Shown one piece after another: positions 54,048 through 55,789 of a stretch of DNA of 55,789 nt. Position numbers and translations under genes: made by a program. A model generated the notes under the pieces. It had not been told where the DNA came from. It ran no database searches and was given only the letters and a program-made list of their open reading frames with translations. Source of the DNA: Paracoccaceae bacterium (GTDB lineage Bacteria > Pseudomonadota > Alphaproteobacteria > Rhodobacterales > Rhodobacteraceae); the NCBI GenBank assembly GCA_009920815.1, contig RFZH01000001.1, forward strand, positions 1 to 55,789. The letters are read 5' to 3'. Within the stretch, counting starts at the first letter, position 1, and every line of letters starts with the position of its first letter.

Positions 54048-54061
54048 TTGCAAATTTGCAA
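54048..54061. repeat. Perfect 14-bp palindrome TTGCAAATTTGCAA
   Basis: Read directly from the sequence. It is self-complementary over all 14 nt and lies in the AT-rich non-coding stretch 53711-54387. Confidence 0.9.
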
Positions 54062-54387
54062 CCCAACAGGAATGTTTGTTATATTTTAGTTTTTTTTATC
54101 AATATCTTATGGTGGTCTCTCGTCGAAAAGCGATGATAAAATGCTTTCCGCCGTTATCAAAAACACACTTATAAAACAGGGATATGGGAAATTTCGGGTA
54201 TAATTCCCCCACGGCACAAGGCGAAATGGCAGCGGTAGAGTCACAGCCATTGATTGCAAATCAAAGCTAAATCACGCCACATCAAAACACTCTGGGAAAA
54301 GATCAACCCAGAAATCACAGATGGCCGCACTATTCGACCTTTGCCTCGATCGAGGATGGTGAAAACAGCCAGCGGCGTCGCGACGGA

Positions 54388-54705
54388 TTGCCAGAGATTA
54401 AATTCGAATGGGATGCTGTGCGCGCGCTGATCACCCGCTTTGACGCTGCGCAACAAACCGATTTGGCCAATGTCATCCAGGCCTATTTTGGCGATTTTAT
54501 GACGACGTACCGTCAAGATTTTACTGCTTTGGTGGGACAAGCTGGCGAACAGGTTAGCGGCATTTACGAAATTGATTATCGCGAATTTAACCGCGATACC
54601 TATGCCCGTGGCCGCGAAGCGTTTGATCGCACCTGGGCAGAGGTAAAGGAATTGTTAATCGGCACATGGTGGCGCGATCAACAGATGATGAAGGAGGCTG
54701 AGTGA
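54388..54705 (+). CDS. Hypothetical protein coupled to the downstream ParB-like gene
   Basis: 105 codons from TTG 54388, with no in-frame ATG near the start. Its TGA overlaps the ATG of the next gene (TGATG). It is GC-richer than the PGC by eye. No family was recognised. Confidence 0.45.
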   Translation: MPEIKFEWDAVRALITRFDAAQQTDLANVIQAYFGDFMTTYRQDFTALVGQAGEQVSGIYEIDYREFNRDTYARGREAFDRTWAEVKELLIGTWWRDQQMMKEAE

Positions 54706-55789
54706 TGGCAAAGCGACGTAAACTTGAACTGCCAAATTTGGAAGATCTGAATAAGCTTGAGGCAGAGTTTCGCAGCGAAACCCCCGCAGGGCGTGGTCTG
54801 GGATTGACCCCGCCAATCGCTCAGGTGGCGGCCGAAATTGCAACCTCTGCCCCCGTGATCGATGCCGAAACCCGTGCCGCCCAAGCGCGCGATACCCATG
54901 ATGCCGAACGTTTGCGCGCGGCGTTGGAAAAGGGTTTGATCATGCAAGAGTTGCCAATCGACGCGATCAAGCCTGACGATTTGGATCGTGACCGTGTCCA
55001 AGTCGACGAAGATGAAATGATGGAGCTGCGGACGTCGATTGCCACCAACGGGTTGCGATTGCCGATCGAGGTCTATGAAATGGCCGAGCCTGAGGGGAAA
55101 TTTCGCTATGGCGTGATTTCTGGCTATCGTCGCTTGTTGGCGTTTAATGCGCTTTATGCGCTGTCAGGCCAAGACCGCTATGCAACGATCAAGGCGGTTG
55201 TTAAGGCGCCAAAATCAACCTCGGACGCCTTGGTTGCCATGGTCGAGGAAAACGAAGTTCGGTCGAACCTAAGCCATTTTGAACGGGGAAGGGTGGCCGC
55301 GATGGCCGCGCAGAACGGATTTTATGCCACGGTCGAAGAGGCGGTGAATATCCTTTTTGCCAGCGGATCAAAGGCCAAGCGGTCCAAGATCCGCAGCTTT
55401 GCCACAATCTTCGAAGAGTTGGGGGATATGCTAAACGATCCTGAAACGCTTTCTGAACGCCAAGGTTTGCGCATTGCCAACGCGCTTCGTATGGGGGCAG
55501 GGGGGCGCCTCCGCGAGGCGCTGGATGATCACCGTTGCACAACTGCAGCCGACGATTGGGCGGTGATTGAGCCGATCTTGAAGCAGGTCGAAACCGGTTT
55601 GGATCCAACGGCTAAACGGGCAGGGCGGCCCAAGGTGGACAAGCCGTCCTTGGATACGCGTCGTTTGGCGAATGGGATCACGCTGCGCCAAACCAAGGAT
55701 CGGGACGGGTTCGCCATTCACATTTCGGGCCGTCAGGTCGATCAAGAACTGACCCGGGCGGTTTTGGATGCCGTTGAACGATTATTGGA
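54705..55789 (+). CDS. ParB/RepB/Spo0J-like N-terminal-domain protein (partial; runs off the 3' end)
   Basis: Absent from the ORF track because no stop is reached. Hand translation is open for 361 codons: MAKRRKLELPNLEDL...LPIDAIKPDDLDRDRVQVDEDEMMELRTSIATNGLRLPIEVYEM...YGVISGYRRLLAF...VEENEVRSNLSHFERG. This is a ParB-box-like pattern. Confidence 0.7.
   Translation, partial: MAKRRKLELPNLEDLNKLEAEFRSETPAGRGLGLTPPIAQVAAEIATSAPVIDAETRAAQARDTHDAERLRAALEKGLIMQELPIDAIKPDDLDRDRVQVDEDEMMELRTSIATNGLRLPIEVYEMAEPEGKFRYGVISGYRRLLAFNALYALSGQDRYATIKAVVKAPKSTSDALVAMVEENEVRSNLSHFERGRVAAMAAQNGFYATVEEAVNILFASGSKAKRSKIRSFATIFEELGDMLNDPETLSERQGLRIANALRMGAGGRLREALDDHRCTTAADDWAVIEPILKQVETGLDPTAKRAGRPKVDKPSLDTRRLANGITLRQTKDRDGFAIHISGRQVDQELTRAVLDAVERLL

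Larger units (their letters stand above)
54240..55789. mobile_element. Possible left edge of an integrated or horizontally acquired element (ICE/plasmid-like partition module)
   Basis: An abrupt shift occurs from an AT-rich spacer to clearly GC-richer coding sequence (by eye). A coupled hypothetical plus ParB-like pair is typical of ICE/plasmid backbones in Rhodobacterales. No integrase, tRNA or att repeat is visible in the window. Confidence 0.3.

Noticed and set aside
54241-55048. Minus-strand ORFs 54241-54540, 54655-54843, 54678-55001, 54821-55048, 55201-55745
   Set aside because: They are antisense to the continuous plus-strand hypothetical/ParB-like frames. Their Arg/Pro-rich translations are typical of shadow ORFs in GC-richer DNA.

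Overview
About 0.27-46.1 kb of this window is a near-textbook alphaproteobacterial photosynthesis gene cluster (PGC) of the Rhodobacterales / Roseobacter type. I read it from protein motifs in the ORF track and hand-translated the short genes the track misses (pufA, true pufB, a LuxR-type fragment, a 3' partial ParB-like gene). In transcription order: crtEF-bchCXYZ-pufQBALMC-dxs (minus); crtDC (plus); crtIB-tspO (minus); crtA-bchIDO (plus); bchFNBHLM-lhaA-puhABC-bciE-acsF-puhE-hemA then cycA (minus); ppaA-ppsR-bchG-PucC-like MFS-bchP-idi (plus), followed by bciA. Content is the aerobic type: acsF plus bciE, crtA for spheroidenone, LH1 only, with no pucBA, bchE or bchJ in the window. Eight perfect TGT-N12-ACA (PpsR/CrtJ-type) palindromes sit at five PGC promoters. 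The expected puf mRNA stem-loops and a terminator are visible. The right-hand 10 kb is ordinary or accessory: a membrane-anchored NYN/Zc3h12a-like RNase, MarR plus a phenol-monooxygenase-like flavoprotein, pxpBCA, a DoxX gene with an in-frame amber codon, gene remnants and an RsuA-family pseudouridine synthase. It ends in an AT-rich spacer followed by a visibly GC-richer hypothetical plus ParB-like gene pair that runs off the window, possibly the edge of an integrated element. I found no convincing new multi-gene system. The most notable signal is gene-sized lesions in otherwise intact operons. bchM lacks about 60 internal residues in frame. ppsR lacks about 75 residues of PAS1 and is frameshifted into two ORFs, even though its operator sites are perfectly conserved. 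pxpC lacks its N-terminus, doxX has a TAG, and two neighbours are stubs. These could be real gene decay or assembly artefacts, and that needs checking. No tRNA, rRNA, CRISPR array or IS element was recognised. All family assignments come from motif recognition and recalled family lengths, not database searches. GC statements are by eye.
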